From Ophelia neglecta (taxonomy: Eukaryota): DNA of 64,000 nucleotides. Each line of letters begins with the position of its first letter. Within the stretch, counting starts at the first letter, position 1. The translations under genes and the position numbers were made by a program. Location: contig OZ260663.1 in the NCBI GenBank assembly GCA_965285935.1, positions 98,146,001 through 98,210,000 of the forward strand, read 5' to 3'. The notes beneath the pieces are model-generated. The model was not told the origin of the DNA. It was given only the letters and a program-made list of their open reading frames with translations, and did not search any database. Positions 23,516 to 38,222 of this stretch are shown piece by piece.

Positions 23516-26500
23516 ATGGCAGCTTTACTACGCATGTCTGTGTATCTGATGATAGTCTTAAGCACTGTAGGCGTCAGTTCAGGTATTTATTACTAACAGT
23601 AAATTGAATATTGTTAACTTTAATGTGAGCGCGTTCTATTTGGAACTCGGCTACGAGAATGTAGCATAAATAAGTCCGTAATACACGTCTCTGTATTCGC
23701 TGCTTATTTGCCATAGGGTCCTGTCGATATGGGTTCGGCAATACGTGTGCCTTCTCATGTCGATGTGCCATTGGTAACTGCAACACTGACACAGGTGAGT
23801 GTCTGTCTGGAGGAGAATGTCAGAGATGGAGTCCGGGAGCTGTACCGTGGACTGGACAGGGGTGTAGGATAGGTCAGTGTTACACGCTACACTGATAGAA
23901 AGGTTATCAGCCTATAACCCGGCTGATGTTCAAGTGCAGACCTACTCGCTAGTTCATTCATATTATTTAACTATAAACAACCGTCGCCTGCACACATATA
24001 TTTATTTTATATGAATATCCATTTAATGATTAGGAGCCATATCTCTAGTCTGATTCTAAAAGTTCTATATCAATTCCGTGAATATCTTGACTCAATTAAC
24101 TGTTTGTTCCAAAGCCTGGCACAATGCAGCTTGTGTTTCGTTTTTACTAATAGATCGCAGTTATGTAGCATCAGTTCCTTTCATGACTTAAATCCACAGA
24201 CCTTATCTGAACACATATTTATGTTAAATGCATTTCCAGGCATATACATATTTAGAATAGGGTGTCAATGATCTTGTTTCTCAAATGTCAGGATTGAGGC
24301 TCCGGTACCTGATTGCACCCTAAATCTGATTCTTTACTACGTATATTGTTCTCGGCACAATATACGGCAATACTTGATTCGAACTTCATTCGTAGGTAAC
24401 GTGGCTATGCACAAAAATGCCAGCCAAAGTGGTATCCGAGATGGTTATGGTCCTGACCGTGCTGTTGATGGAGCAGTCGGGAAGTCATTAGCAGATGGGA
24501 AGTGTTCTTATATAACACAGTTACAAGGCAGTATCTGGTGGATGGTGGATCTGGGACAAATGCACGTCGTGTCCAGTGTATTAATTTATGGGGAACAGGG
24601 TAAAAGTTAGTGCCATGATAACATATAATGAATTGAGTATGTATCGTGTAGTAACTACCGGACAGTTCTATGTTGTGTATGTCTCTTTAACTTACAGCAA
24701 AATTGGATCAATACATCATTTTATTCGGAAATTCGACTGTAGTAGAGAGCAATCTCTTATGCGGGTCCAGCGGCAGCGGGGACAACTCTCATTCAGACTT
24801 TACTTCTGTGACCTGTGACCCCGAAAATCAAATGGTGGGAAATAAAGTGATTCTAAGGTCGTATATGACAACAGACATAATCTTGTGTGAGCTGGTTGTC
24901 ATCGGACGGAGATTTATAGGTATCACCACATGTATAGCACTTCCTGTTGATGCGATAAAAACACATACATAAGAAGTAAAAGTTTTTTACTCATATATTG
25001 TTCTGTGTAACTCAGATTGCTCCTTGTGTCCAGCGACCAGTACGTGTGATGACTACCAAGGATGTAGTCAATGTCCCGAGAGATTTAGGCTGCCGGACTG
25101 TAAAGGTGGCCTGCCGTACAATATAACTGAATTATAAATCATGCATTTCTGATAAACATTTGTGAATCACTCAACTAGCAATGTTAATGAATTTATATTC
25201 TCTATAATAAAGCAAAGCCACGAAATAATGTTTGTTCATTTAAGAATGCTCAGACGGCCTGGGAGGGGAGAACTGCTGTAGTCCACACTGTAAGGACCAG
25301 GCTTGTGTAAAGGAGACAGGAGTGTGTTCTAATGGGTGTATCTATACATTGACTGGTGTGTGGTGGATTGGAGACAAGTGTGATGAGGAATTACGTGAGT
25401 AATGCCTACTCGAGAAAATATATAAAAAAATCCATTATTTCCTTAGATGTTAATGCACTGGCATTTGTCCAACGAATGAAGGTTTTATGGGGATATTATT
25501 GTATCATTTGTTTAAAGCTGTGATGCAGTTCGGCAATAGGGACACTGTAGACAGAACTCCGGTGGAGGTAACTACTAATTCTGTGACGTGGCGCTGGAAG
25601 GAGGGTCTAAATATTTCAAAACAGGCTGCTCCTTTAGTGGGTTATCAAATCGTCTACCGTCAGCCTGGTAACTCAAACTGGAATCTAGGAGTCGACATAC
25701 CGTACAGACAGAGAGACTGACAGCAGGGGACTGTCAGCCAGCTACAGCCTGACACAGAGTACGAGTTTAACCTGATGGCGTACAGGAAAATGGGTGGGAC
25801 GGTACATACTGGACCCTCATCTTACGTTGACTCATTATTAACTAATGAAGGACCTCTCCTTGTTCGCACGTTAGGTAAGTAACCTTTTCTTGACCGATCC
25901 TAGGTGAAATAATAGTTGGTTTTTGTTCCTTGTTTTTCGGCTCTCTAAATTTGGCTGTGAGCTTCTATGTTAAATTAGACATGCCATCCGTTGGTATGTA
26001 TCTGGATCAGATAATAATATAGTTTATTATATCATGATAGTTTAAAATTATTCTCTGAGCCAGACTCGGCATTCACACCATTACTAACGACAACACCATC
26101 AGAGCAAGCGTCCCCGACCACTACAACGAGTGTAAAGAAGACGGAATCAGGACCACCGACCTCGCCAGTAGACAAAAATATGACCAATGGAAGTCCTGGG
26201 TCTGAGTTCGTAACAAGGCCGTTGTCCGTCGGACTCATAGCGGGGGTTACCGTGGGAATCCTACTGCTTCTAGTTATTGCAGCAGGTATTGCATTCTTTC
26301 TCGTGAGGTCAGTTGACATGCTCGATACAGACCCTACTGCTTTAAAAACAACACGTCTTCGATAATAATTTGGCAACCAATGTTAACATAAATGCATAAT
26401 TATATAAACACACCTTTAGGCGAAACAAAAATCCTATAGATGAAGTATCAGATGAGGAAATAACATTTCATTTGGAAGAACAACGACCTACCACTCCAAG

Positions 26501-29500
26501 TAAATGAAATACAACACTTGTTCATTATTTTGCTTAACTTTCCACTTTACCTAGACATTGCTCCTGATTTTTTTTTTTGATTTATAACTTCTTACGTGAT
26601 TTTTTATGTAATTATTTGTGTTAAGAAATGAATCGAGATATCGCGTCACTGGAAAAACAAAATCCACTTGTTGCCAGTGATGATGAAAATGAGGAAATTG
26701 ATGAAGGGAACAACCGTATGGTACTAGACGAAGCAGTCTATGCCAACGCCAGAGCATCCGTTGTTCTGCGAAGTAACATCATACGACTGGAAGACTTGAA
26801 ATCTTTTATAGACAAACAGAATGTCGGAGACGGGTACAAGGAGGAATTTAATGTACGCATTAGTTCACATATCTGTATATTATACATAGGACTATTCCTC
26901 TTATTATTACTGCATATTGAGCCCAGTTGTTTTTATCAATACCTATCTATTTGACAGACAATCCCAAGCCACGAGATGTTGGAATGTGTCACATCTAGTT
27001 TGGCAAAAAACAAATTAAGAAACAAATTTAGGAACATAAAAGCATGTAAGTTTTAACTTTATACACCCGTCCTACTGGTGTTTTTGTACTTATAACCAAC
27101 ATTTTAATTATTTATTTCGGATTTTGTTTCGGTCTTTTTCAGATGATTCTACACGTGTCGTTTTGGAAATAGAAACTAAAGAACTTGATTCGGACTACAT
27201 TAATGCCAATTACATAACTGTAAGTAAAAAAATGGACAGATAATTGTGCAGTGGATATCGGAAGGATAGATGCTATCTGCTATGTTACATGACATAATAT
27301 AAAGTCTATTTTGACAGCGTCAAGTGTTATTGGTAATTCACATAGTATTCATAATGGAAGTCATATAAGTTTTTTTTCTTTATTTATTTATTTTCGCTAT
27401 TACCCATTGAATTCAGCATTATTTACAAACATACACGCGTATCATCGTGTCTCCGATTGTGCTGATTTCACTGGGGTTCCACCATGTTAAAAATTAACTC
27501 ACTCTTATTAGGTCCATAACTTGTCTCCTATGTTTCCTATCAGGGGTACAAGGAAAAGAAGAAGGCATATGTAGCTTCACAAGGTATAGAATTTTTTTTA
27601 TCTTTTTCGGAAAGATACTAGCGCTAACTAGTGATGGTCAAAAGGAAGTAGTATGTTGGTGTTTCTTATAAGGGTTTCTTGAAGGGCTATTGTCGTTTCG
27701 TCACCATTATATGTATTTGACATTAAAAGTTCCAACTTCTTTCCGCAAGCTCCCAATAAACACACACCAGCAGAGTTTTGGACCATGATATGGCAACTCA
27801 AAGCAAACAGAATCGTCATGCTGACCAGAACATTTGAAAACGGCACGGTAAAATGCATAAACTTCTTGCCTATTAGAGGAATAAGATCTTTATTGTTGAA
27901 TCTTGGTTCGTCAGCGGGGAAAAACCTGATCATTATTTCGCCCATGTTGTATTTACATTCCAGAGAAAATGCGAACAGTACTGGTCGGAAACAGTTGACA
28001 ATAAGAAAACCTTTGGCAAAATCGTCATCGAAACGATTAAGAGGGATACGTTCACGGACTATGTTATAAGCCTATTGAGCGTCACCAATGGGGTTGGTTA
28101 TAACACTATCGTTCCAGTTGTAAAATGTAAAAAGTGTATTGATGGCACAATGACTTGTATAACAATGCTGTACGTTTAATAGATACATTTTTCTTCAATT
28201 TTTACCTGAAGGAAGAGTCTCGCACAGTGCGCCATCTCCAGTATCTAAGTTGGCCTGACAAGTCTGCCCCGGATCTCGCCTACCAATTGCTCGCCTTCAG
28301 GAGGAAGGTCAGGTCATTGGACAATGTCAGTTGTGGTCCTATAATAGTGCACTGCAGGTATGCATATATACGACTTATTCAAAAGTGTACAAAACAAATT
28401 AAGTAATGAACAGTACGCCCGATTTCGATGCAATTTTTTTAAAGTATCTACGGAGCGATTCAATATTTCTCCATTGATTTCCTATCCAGTGCTGGTATAG
28501 GACGCACAGGGACCTTTATCGCACTGGACTATCTACTGCAGCAGGCAAAGGCTGAGTCTCAAATCGATGTCGTGACTCTTGTCAACCAGATGAGAACAGA
28601 ACGAATGACAATGATCCAAACGCTGGTAAATTCATAGATAATATCTATTCTTATATTATAGTTTTCCATGTTTTGATCAGAATGGAATCTGCTAAGGTAG
28701 TGGTCTTAGCCAACGCAATAATATATTGTTTGTTTTTCGTTCTAACTGTTCATGTAATACTAGTTTGATATCCGTATTTGACGTACTTATTTATAATCGT
28801 TTTCAGGACCAGTATAAGTTTGTGTACACGGCCGTTTTGGAGGCTGTAACCATCGGGGATACAGCTATCTCCACCATTGATCTGCAACAACGACTGACTG
28901 CACTGACCTCCGTGGACAAAAATGGATCTTACCCACTGCAGAATTAATTTAATGTAAAGATTATATGCATACAGTCAGTAATGGTTGAGTTTAGTTCACC
29001 ATCATCGATTTTACGGAAGGTTGACCAATCAAATATTAACATTGCCATTGAATAGGTCTTGGACGGATTGAAACAAACTGAACTAGGTGAAATGAACACA
29101 GGAAGAAAACAGCAAAATATCGACAAGAACAGAAATGTGCAAATCATACCAGGTAAGAATTATTGCTCAAAGACGCCTCTACGTCATACATAAACAAGGG
29201 TATTATTTCAACTTGCTTGTTCAGTTCTATAAACCGCACTTTAATTTGGTTTAGTTTAAACATTTGTTCCTATCTCTATGCTAACTACATTATATTTACA
29301 GCTGATAGAATGATGCCCAAGCTGGTGATGTCGGGTGACAATGACAACACTTACATTAACGCTGTGTTTGTCGACGTGAGAAGATAAATACGTCCGAACA
29401 AAATGAGCGTGTCACATGTTCAATACATTCATTAACATCAATTTCGGCGTCACATGTTGTGCTTATAATGTTATGTCCTCTACATGTATATAGACTACTC

Positions 29501-30875
29501 ACCAAGTTATAAGCCACTGTGTGTAACATATTGCTGCCTGAATGTCTAAACGGTTTTTTTACTAACAGAATTTCCGAAGTGAACATGGTATAATAGCCAC
29601 CCAGATGCCTCTTTCTAACACAACCGAAGACTTCTGGAGATTGGTCTACCAACACAGACGTACTACCATCGTCATGCTCAATCGCCTGGATAAAAATATT
29701 GAGGTAGAACCAAAGACTTTCTGCTCGTTTTGCGGCTTCAATCATACCTACAAATAAATTATTTATATATCTTTCAAATTTCCCAACATGATTTTTTACA
29801 GAATTGCATGATCTATTTGCCAAACGAGGAGGAGCCTAAACAAAGATATGGAGATATCGAAATCAAGTTCTTATCATCGGACCCATTCTGACACGAGTTT
29901 TCCAAATTGGCAAACCAGAAAAAGTACAAAATAATACAAATATTACTATTCCGGTAAGATTTATGACTGTTTATAGTTAATAAATATCAATGATTCGAGT
30001 ACTGAAATACCTGTTTTCGCCAAACTTCAGAGAAATGGAGAAATAATGGTCGTGAAACAGTTCCAGTTGTTGGATTGGCCAACCGCCGATGAGCTTCCTA
30101 ACATCGGTTCTCTACTCGATCTAATTGCAAACGTATCTGCCTCGGAGAAAGAGGCAGAGTCTGTTCTTGTTCACTGCATGTACGTATTGGTGCTCATAAA
30201 CTGTTTGAGAAAATATTTTTTATTCATACCGTTTATGGCTATCTTAACAGTGCCTTTGTTAATTCGTCAGCAGCAACATAAACACAGGTTTCGGGCATGA
30301 TCTTTCTCTTGTATTATTGGACTGGAGGGCAGGTGTAGGTTACCACAGTCAGACGATCTCTAGCTTTTATATATTGGTTGTTATTTACGAGTACATTTAG
30401 CGCTATTTGATGGACCAGATACTTTTTAAAGCTCGATCTAAACGTGAGCGTTTACACATATTACATGCATATCGTAATTGTGATTCAGGGATGGAGCTTC
30501 ACGTTCAGGGCTATTTTGTGCTTCGTGCTACATGTTAGACAAAATAAAGTCGGACCAAGAAGTGGATGTCTTCCTGGCCGTCAGTTGTGTCTCCAGAGGG
30601 CGCCCTCAGTTCATTAACTCAATGGTAGGTGAAGGCTTAATCAACCAGTACCAAAATCAGGCTTATCGTTTAAAACATGTTCATCACTTTTTGAGGATTT
30701 GCAATTAGAAGATGATTATCGTTGTGTGCTAGGAAGACACTGTTTCCAATACTAAATGCATTTGTTTATATTTGTCTGCCAAGTCTTCCTTTTTCATTAT
30801 TAGAAACAGTATCGATTTCTGCACGACGTGGCCAAGGAAAACATATCATCACTCGGCACATACGGAAATATATGA
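23516..30875 (+). pseudogene. Receptor-type protein tyrosine phosphatase paralog 1 (signal peptide, EGF-like, F-type lectin, 2 EGF-like, FN3, stalk, TM, PTP D1, PTP D2), disabled
   Basis: Exons 23516-23582 (signal peptide), 23717-23872, 24396-24605, 24698-24919, 25016-25105, 25245-25394, 25518-25874 (FN3, in-frame TGA at 25718), 26064-26307 (TM), 26420-26499, 26626-26852, 26958-27045, 27143-27219 (DYINAN), 27544-27583, 27750-27847, 27964-28092, 28212-28357 (WPD, VHCS), 28490-28625 (AGIGRTG), 28807-28953 (TAA at 28945), 29056-29152, 29302-29375, 29569-29703, 29802-29953 (about 10-nt deletion, TGA at 29889), 30031-30178, 30489-30624, 30804-30875. Confidence 0.9.
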
Positions 30876-33326
30876 TTCACTGTACCAAAGCGCATTCAAT
30901 ACACTTTTATATTATAGCTTTTTTTATAACAATTATATCTCATGAGAAAATGGAATGAGTTCATCATGTGCTTGAAATATAGACAATCGGTCAGTGTAGT
31001 ACAATAAGATCACATGAATGTCATTTTAAATATTATTTGTATATAAACGATTCACATCATTCTCAAGTCGCAAATAGCGATTCATATCATATTTGTGTAC
31101 TTATATAACAGTATGGGATGACAAAAGACAAAGCAGTCGGCTATGGTATCGGCTTAACCGTATATGTACTATGTGCACTTATGTCTTTTTTTAGCTACAT
31201 TATTTTCACTCTGCCTGAGACGTATTCATTGTATCCGTGAGTGTTTATCTTGTTTTTTTGTTTTAAACTATTTGATAACATTTCGCATTAGATGTAAAGC
31301 CATTTTATCATACTGATATCATGAAGCATAGAGAGCAGCTCTTATTAGTTATAAGCATACATGATAAAGGAGCAAAAAGGTATTGTATTGACATAGACAA
31401 TCTCTTTTCGTTGAGGTTGATGTTGCTTTTTTTGTAATGACAAGGAAAATGATACTAAGTTTATTTACAACAGATAATTTTTCCATGAGAATTTCATATA
31501 CAACCACAAAAATATTCGCAAAACAAAATGTATTGACTCTTATCAATGCTCTGAAGAGCTAAACAGACTACGAAAGATACAAGTTTGCTTATATCTAAAA
31601 ATATCAGTGTAAAGTGTGAATTGTTTTCAACATGATACGTAATACCATGCTTGCATATAAGATTCAATGTTTGCTTTTGGACGAAATGTTGGCTAAATTT
31701 GATTTTTTGCGAAATGTAATTGTTATGAACGGCGTTAACATTGTATCAGTGTTTTAAAACCTTGAACAAGCATAATAAATACAAACAATGCTTTCACTGT
31801 TTGTGGCACTTTGTTTTAAGGCAAGAAACTTCATCAGCTTGATCTAGTCATTGGAAGTGATCGTACATTCATGTATGCTGAGCCATTTTGGCGAGTTACA
31901 ATCAAGTGGCAAGTTAGAAAACTTGCGACTTATAACAACCTAATACGGAAGTGTGTTTAAATAATGGGAAGGTATGTGCATGACGGTAGGAGGAGGGAGA
32001 TAGGGGGGGGGGATGCAATGCGGGGGGGGGGGGGGGGGGGGGGGCAGCGCTCTTCTCGGGAACCTGTAGCTCTACGTCCTAAATCCATAATAGGTAGCAG
32101 GTTGTGTACAAGCGGGGATCCGGGGCGAGTCACTTGAGGTATGATGGGTGCAACAGCCGGGAGGATTGGGGTACACGGGACCTTCGCGGGAGGGAGGGGG
32201 TGTAATTGGATAGTGGGAAACCAAACAAAATGAGACAAAAAACTCAAGGGACGGATGCGAATATGGACTGTCAGAATTTTATAACATCTAATTTTCTTGT
32301 GAACAAAACATTCCCGTTCCTCACTATAAAATGTTGGTACTACTAATGAACGTCATACTTGGTTCTAAATTAGACCTGTTTCCTGTGTACTCAATTATTG
32401 AGTCTTTTAAGCCTGAAAACTTGCGATTCTGGGAACGGGGAACGGTTAGGGGGGATATCTGAGGGACGAAGCGTTTTACTTTTTACACATACACTGATAC
32501 CGCAAAATTGGGTCCTTTCTGTAACCCCCTACAAGACATCAATCATATTATTATCTTACAACCCCTCAGGGGTCTATTAATGTCATCAACTTCTCAACAG
32601 AACTCAGCCACCAATGCTCCCCACATGTTCCACCTTCATTCATACCTCCTCCAACCCCACCAACCCCACCCCCTGTCGACAGTTATAATGACAAGCCTCG
32701 CATGAGCGTTTTATCGACCACGATGGCTTCAAGGCTATACAACATGGTAAATACCTTAGTGACAATCAGAACGTTGATCGAGAGAGATCGAGAGTTGAGA
32801 ACAGGATAAGGCGTACTATAGTCGCTGTCAGAGGTGCCTTAAATGTTGACATAACTTATGAAAGGAGTTATAGAAATCCTCGGGCCCGGGTGAATAGATA
32901 CTGACCAAACCACCTATAGACACAGCCAAGTTAGCTTTACGAGGGAGAATAGTCGGATTTCTCTCTCATGTACAAAGCCTTAAAAAATGCTACAGTTTAT
33001 GTATTACTTGTTGCAATGTTAATCATGCTGGTCCCCCTTTTTGGTTTTGGGTTAATGCAAGTAACATAACTACGCCTTTATTGAAATATATACATCTTAC
33101 TGAGGTATATTGTCTGAAATAACCGACCAGGGAGTGTTATCGGCTGCTCTTTATTCTTTACTTGTGTGTCAAAGCTTTCTGTTGATATGGGTTAAGCCTT
33201 TCCGGCGGCGTAGAATCACCAGGGACCAACATCTTTTCTCGCAAGAGGGCGGCCTATAATACAAGGGACAGATATTATCTCCCGGGAGAGGACGTTCTGG
33301 AGTCCCCAGTGTTAGTAATACACTTC

Positions 33327-33610
33327 CAAAAGGGGGGAGCGTGGGCTGAGTGGAGGCATAGAATCATCAACCTCAGATATCCACACCATATATCCACACC
33401 AGGGAACGGCCTAAAAGATTTAAGGCCTGATAGTAAATCTGGGGATTTCGGATGCTCCCCCCCCCCCATAATGAAAGGGGAGCGTGGGTTGAGTGGAGGC
33501 ATAGAACCATTTGCCTAAGATATCCACACCATATATCCACACCAGCGAACGGCCTAAAAGATTTAAGGCATGATAGTAAATCTGGTGCGTTCTGATGCCC
33601 CCCCCCCAAA
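33327..33610. repeat. About 145-bp tandem duplication, 2 copies
   Basis: GGGGAGCGTGGG...GATATCCACACCATATATCCACACCAG...GATAGTAAATCTGG...polyC occurs twice. Confidence 0.9.
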
Positions 33611-36600
33611 CTAAATTGAAAAGCTGTCCACCCTTGATGGATCGTTACGTTAAGCCGACGTACACGTATGAGGGAAGGGGACCTAACGTACACATATACT
33701 TGCTTATACTTTCGCATAAAATGCTAGGTATTCAACAAGCGCGGAGGCTGGCTTAGATCCACCACGTGGCCCCAGAGTTGTAGGTATAAGGGTGAATATA
33801 CATCAAGAATTGGTTTGAAAGAAAAACGCAATTTAGATTATGACAAGTTAAAAGCGATGCCGTATGATCCACGTAACGTATTGAAATAGTCTGTAATACC
33901 CAATCGCTTACTTTATTATGGAGAACATTCTTTTCCTTAAGGCTAAGTTGGTGGAGCCTTTAAATATAGTTATGCAACGCATCGACGATTTTATAAAAAG
34001 TAAACACTTCTAGGTGAATGAAGTCAACCAATCCGCAGGTAAAAACACCCAAGATAGCTATAAACCAGGTAGTTATTTCTCTACCGTCCGTGTATAACAC
34101 GACTTTTGATTTTAAGGTTGGGCTGATCAGACAAAATGACGGTTATGCTACGAATAAAGAGTAAATGGTGATAGAATTGGACATTTTAGACATCATTTTA
34201 GCTATTGATATATTGTGAGTAAAAATAATGGTTAATTTATCTAGAAGTCAAAGATAAGACTTTTGTTACAATTGCGATTGAGCTTTATTTCAAAAGTAAA
34301 TGACATCACACCTTACTTCCGTGCTAACACATATATTTGTCGTGAATTGAAATGTAACCAAATAAGAGTATCGATATTAAATCTATTTTTGTTTCAATCT
34401 AAGAAAAAAGTAACATAACCAGCAAGTTCTATAAACATCCCAAAGCCAGTACAAACATGCAGTACAGCCCGAAATACTTTTACGGTGAAGAGCTTCACCT
34501 TCCTTTGCTGGGATCGCGGTACTGGGCTCACATGTGAATTGGAAACACTTTTTGATGCCAAAACAACATTGCCACCATTGTCCTCAAACGTACAAGAGGG
34601 AGAGGAACAAATTGTACTCTAGTAGTATAAGATATTGTCGGAGTGTGTTTTGCCCTTGTTGCAGTTTGAATTAGTTTCTTATTGGTCAGGTTTGTACGAT
34701 CTACATCTACAATCTACATCTAATCCCTAAACTTAGCACCGGTTCCAGAAACCGGCTTTGAATAGTTTCATAAAAGTCCAATTCTTTGTAATTGTCGTAT
34801 GAGGACATTGGGGTATATATCTATCTGTACAATATATGTGTAGTCCTCATACTAATCATCGTGTAGCTTCACAGAAGGATAATACCCTACCACCAACGTG
34901 TTCTACAGTAAGACTTGGCAGACACAACCAATATGCAATTCCAGAAATATCTAAGGTCATTTTAAGCTGATTGTGCTTCTTCATTTACGTAAACAAATAC
35001 ATATTTTGTTTATAGTATAAAGTATAATTATTGTTTATTTTCACTTATACAGACTTCGGTACATTAGGGAACTGGGTATTGATGTTTGAAGGAATGCATA
35101 AAACGGGTATTGATGTATTCGATTTAAATGACAAATCGTTCTTTATGATTTTGCATGTCTGCTGGGTATCCATTCCCGTTTAGTTTCTTATCTGTGCAGT
35201 AGTACGGTTATTACATACTTTGAATAACTACACCAAACAAATGGAGCCCATCCGTGAAGCAGTATGCGAACCGGCCCTCTACCATTGTACTACATCATTT
35301 GCAGGGTCTGGACTTAATTTATATAATAATGTCACATAAGGACCATTTTAATTGTACAATAAATATGTTTGGGCTTAAATAAATAAAATAATAAAATGGA
35401 ATAAAATAATTATAACAATAATAATGTAATCGTCTCGTAGGAGTGGATACTGTCTCTGCACAGCCGCAAACGGCAGAGAAGGTACCTTAAACATAATGTT
35501 TGTGCTGGGGCTTTGCTGAACCGATCATGGCCAATAACTTACAAGATATTGACATTGATCTTTCGAACACAGATGAATGCCGACAATGAATAACTCCGAG
35601 AATACGTTCTGAGGCATGACAATAAGTATAAGGATACTACGTCACTTTTAAAAGTGTAATGCAGAGAGAGCTATTAATATGTCTCTGGTTTTTCCAATGA
35701 AATCAGGAGATCAATGAATTTGAATTAATTTCCATTTATATAAACAATTTCAAATGTCAAAAGCCAAAGGTTCAGGCGCTCGATTAAGATTCATGTATAT
35801 GTTGGCGGTATAATTTAGTCAATGATATATACTCCAATGATTTACTAAGGCTCGTATCTGGCACACAGACAATGCACATTAGTTAAGTCCACCATCATTA
35901 TTGTTATCTTGCCATTACCAGCGTGTCCTTCAGTAGATAATGATAGTAGCACATGTGTGAGTAGAGCAACATCTGTGTCTGTCTTATTTGTCCAAGCCAA
36001 CCTAGCTGAACATTATTCCGAACTCCCAAGCACAACCCATCTCATCCTTTCTTATAGCAATTGCATTGAAAATCGACCCTATCTTTCGTAATAAAAAGGA
36101 GGCTCTTTATTAAAGCATATAAATTCGAAAAACGTGTTTCATAGTGAAGCGGAAAAGTTTAGCCAAATGTGATCGCCGAAGTCAAGCCACCGGAGGGTTT
36201 GTGGTAAGACAGGCAATAAAAAGCGGATGGGTGCCGGGGGTGGGGTAGGGAGTTGGGTGGGGGCGGGCATCTTTTAGATTGTAGGACGTGGGAAGGATAC
36301 CCTTTCCAGAGGAACATACTGGTTCAAGGCGGCAGTCCCCCCCCCCCCCCCCCCCCCCCGCATTCAATTAGATGACAAAACTATCACCGTCATGTGGTTT
36401 ATAATGTACAATATAATGTACAATAGATAAGGCAAATGCAATTTTGATGCATCTGTATTCATAACTAATTAGTGTTTTGATATGTATGCATCCAGGACAC
36501 GTCAATATATCATCTGTAGACGGTATAGGGGCCGCCTGGCGTGGAGACATACATAGGAAAACATGATCGGAGTAATACACACTTCTCTCCTCACTCTGGT

Positions 36601-38222
36601 AATCCTGCATCGGACATTTGATGGCGTTATAGGTACCGTCATTTTCTGATTTGCTCTTTAATATTAAAGCCTAAAGGCTTTTGAAATAATTAGGATTGTC
36701 AGGCATTACTTTTAGTTGAGAGGCCTATAAGAAAGAACGATAATACATGATTCCGTTGAGAAGGAAACGACCTTATCTGATCTTTACTTTCCTTCCTGCC
36801 GCAATGCCATGAACCGCTGTATACCGTATGTATCGTGTCGAGTTTAAACTCATGACATCCGGGATTTGATATAATCAAGTCTTCTGTACTTTCTTTTGGC
36901 CTGGTGGAGTCTTTCTAAGAAAGCAATTTACATGGTCTCCTATATTCGAATGGCCAAAGCGCCATATGCACTGGTCAGTCGGAGCTGAATGACGTAAACT
37001 TTTCTATTCTAAGGCTCCATGCTCTGGGATTTTCCCATGCTAAGCCTCGGTGGTCTTGGGTTTACCCCATTCTAAGCCCTCATGCTCTAGTGGTATCCCC
37101 ATTCTTATTATGAATTGATCGTGTGCCTATCTATTTGAATATTGCCAAGTAAACTGTGGCCCCATATGTATGCAAACATGTTTAGAACTTGTCACAGGAG
37201 CCCGAGCGATAATGTGTGCCAAATGTTTTTTTTTGTATTAATAAGTAGTAATATGGAAATATCACCCACAAAGAAAAGAAAATAAGAAGGGTAGGAATCA
37301 TGCTAAACTATATTAATAAATATCATCAGGTAGACATATTATTTAGGGGGTAGACAATGCACATTTTACACATCTTTGTGGCGTATTAGATGTTGAAGGT
37401 TCAAATGGAAAGCTGCAAAAATAATGCAGTTCTTCTCTACCCTGCTTACCTTTTATTTCTGCTTGTACTAGTTACAACAAAAGAACGATGGGCACAAACG
37501 TAATGATTATATGGGGGCAAATTTACCTAATTGAACCACCTATTTTTCTTCTCTATTTTGTTAGCGAAGGTCAAACATGGTCGGAAAACGATATTAAAGA
37601 CTATGCGGCCACAATATGGCCCCAAAATTAGTAAATGACTACGACTGCTTGGCTTATTCACTGTGTTTCTCACCCACATGTGGTCATTGAAAAACGACGT
37701 CACGATATTGGCGTCTGCATCACTAGGGCGGGCTTAGGTTAGGGTTTATGTTTAGAGTTGGTTTTAGTTTAGTTAAGGTAAAAGGACTTAGGAATTTTGG
37801 AAGCGATTTTCAGTACTTAGGTTAGGTATGTTCTTGTTTCGGTGTTTTGTGGAATATGGGATAATGTAGGGTAGTTTTGAGAATAAGGGCGGCATCATAC
37901 GCGGCGCATCCTAGCCTCATGGGGTTCCAAGGGTGTCCCTTAACACAAACTCGCCGTACGTAAAATTAGGACTCTTTGAGAAAACAATCCGATTCCGATT
38001 GGCCAACTCACTAGTCTTACCTTTAAATGTATGGACTAGTGATGTGCTGGACTGTCTGTCTCATGCTAGGCTTAGTACCGTCATTTCGAATCGCCCAAAT
38101 GTAACATACTAAAATTGATTTTAAAACGCCAAGGTGGTGCAATTTCGGATTTGTGCAAATTGACACATTGCGATATTCTAATGATAATTTTTGCAAATAA
38201 ATTTTTCCTATCTTTCTCGAAG

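Noticed and set aside
25718-25720. In-frame TGA as selenocysteine or readthrough
   Set aside because: The paralog has TGG here and the gene has two further independent lesions, so a nonsense mutation is the simpler explanation.
31995-32050. Poly-G tracts (also about 20750, 36335 and 62985) as G-quadruplex regulators
   Set aside because: Simple homopolymers with no positional pattern, and their lengths are unreliable in assemblies.
37600-37700. Signal-peptide exon of receptor A (and the similar segment at about 63150-63250 for B)
   Set aside because: Hydrophobic stretches are present, but each has a nearby in-frame TGA or lacks a phase-compatible ATG and donor. I could not support them as exons.
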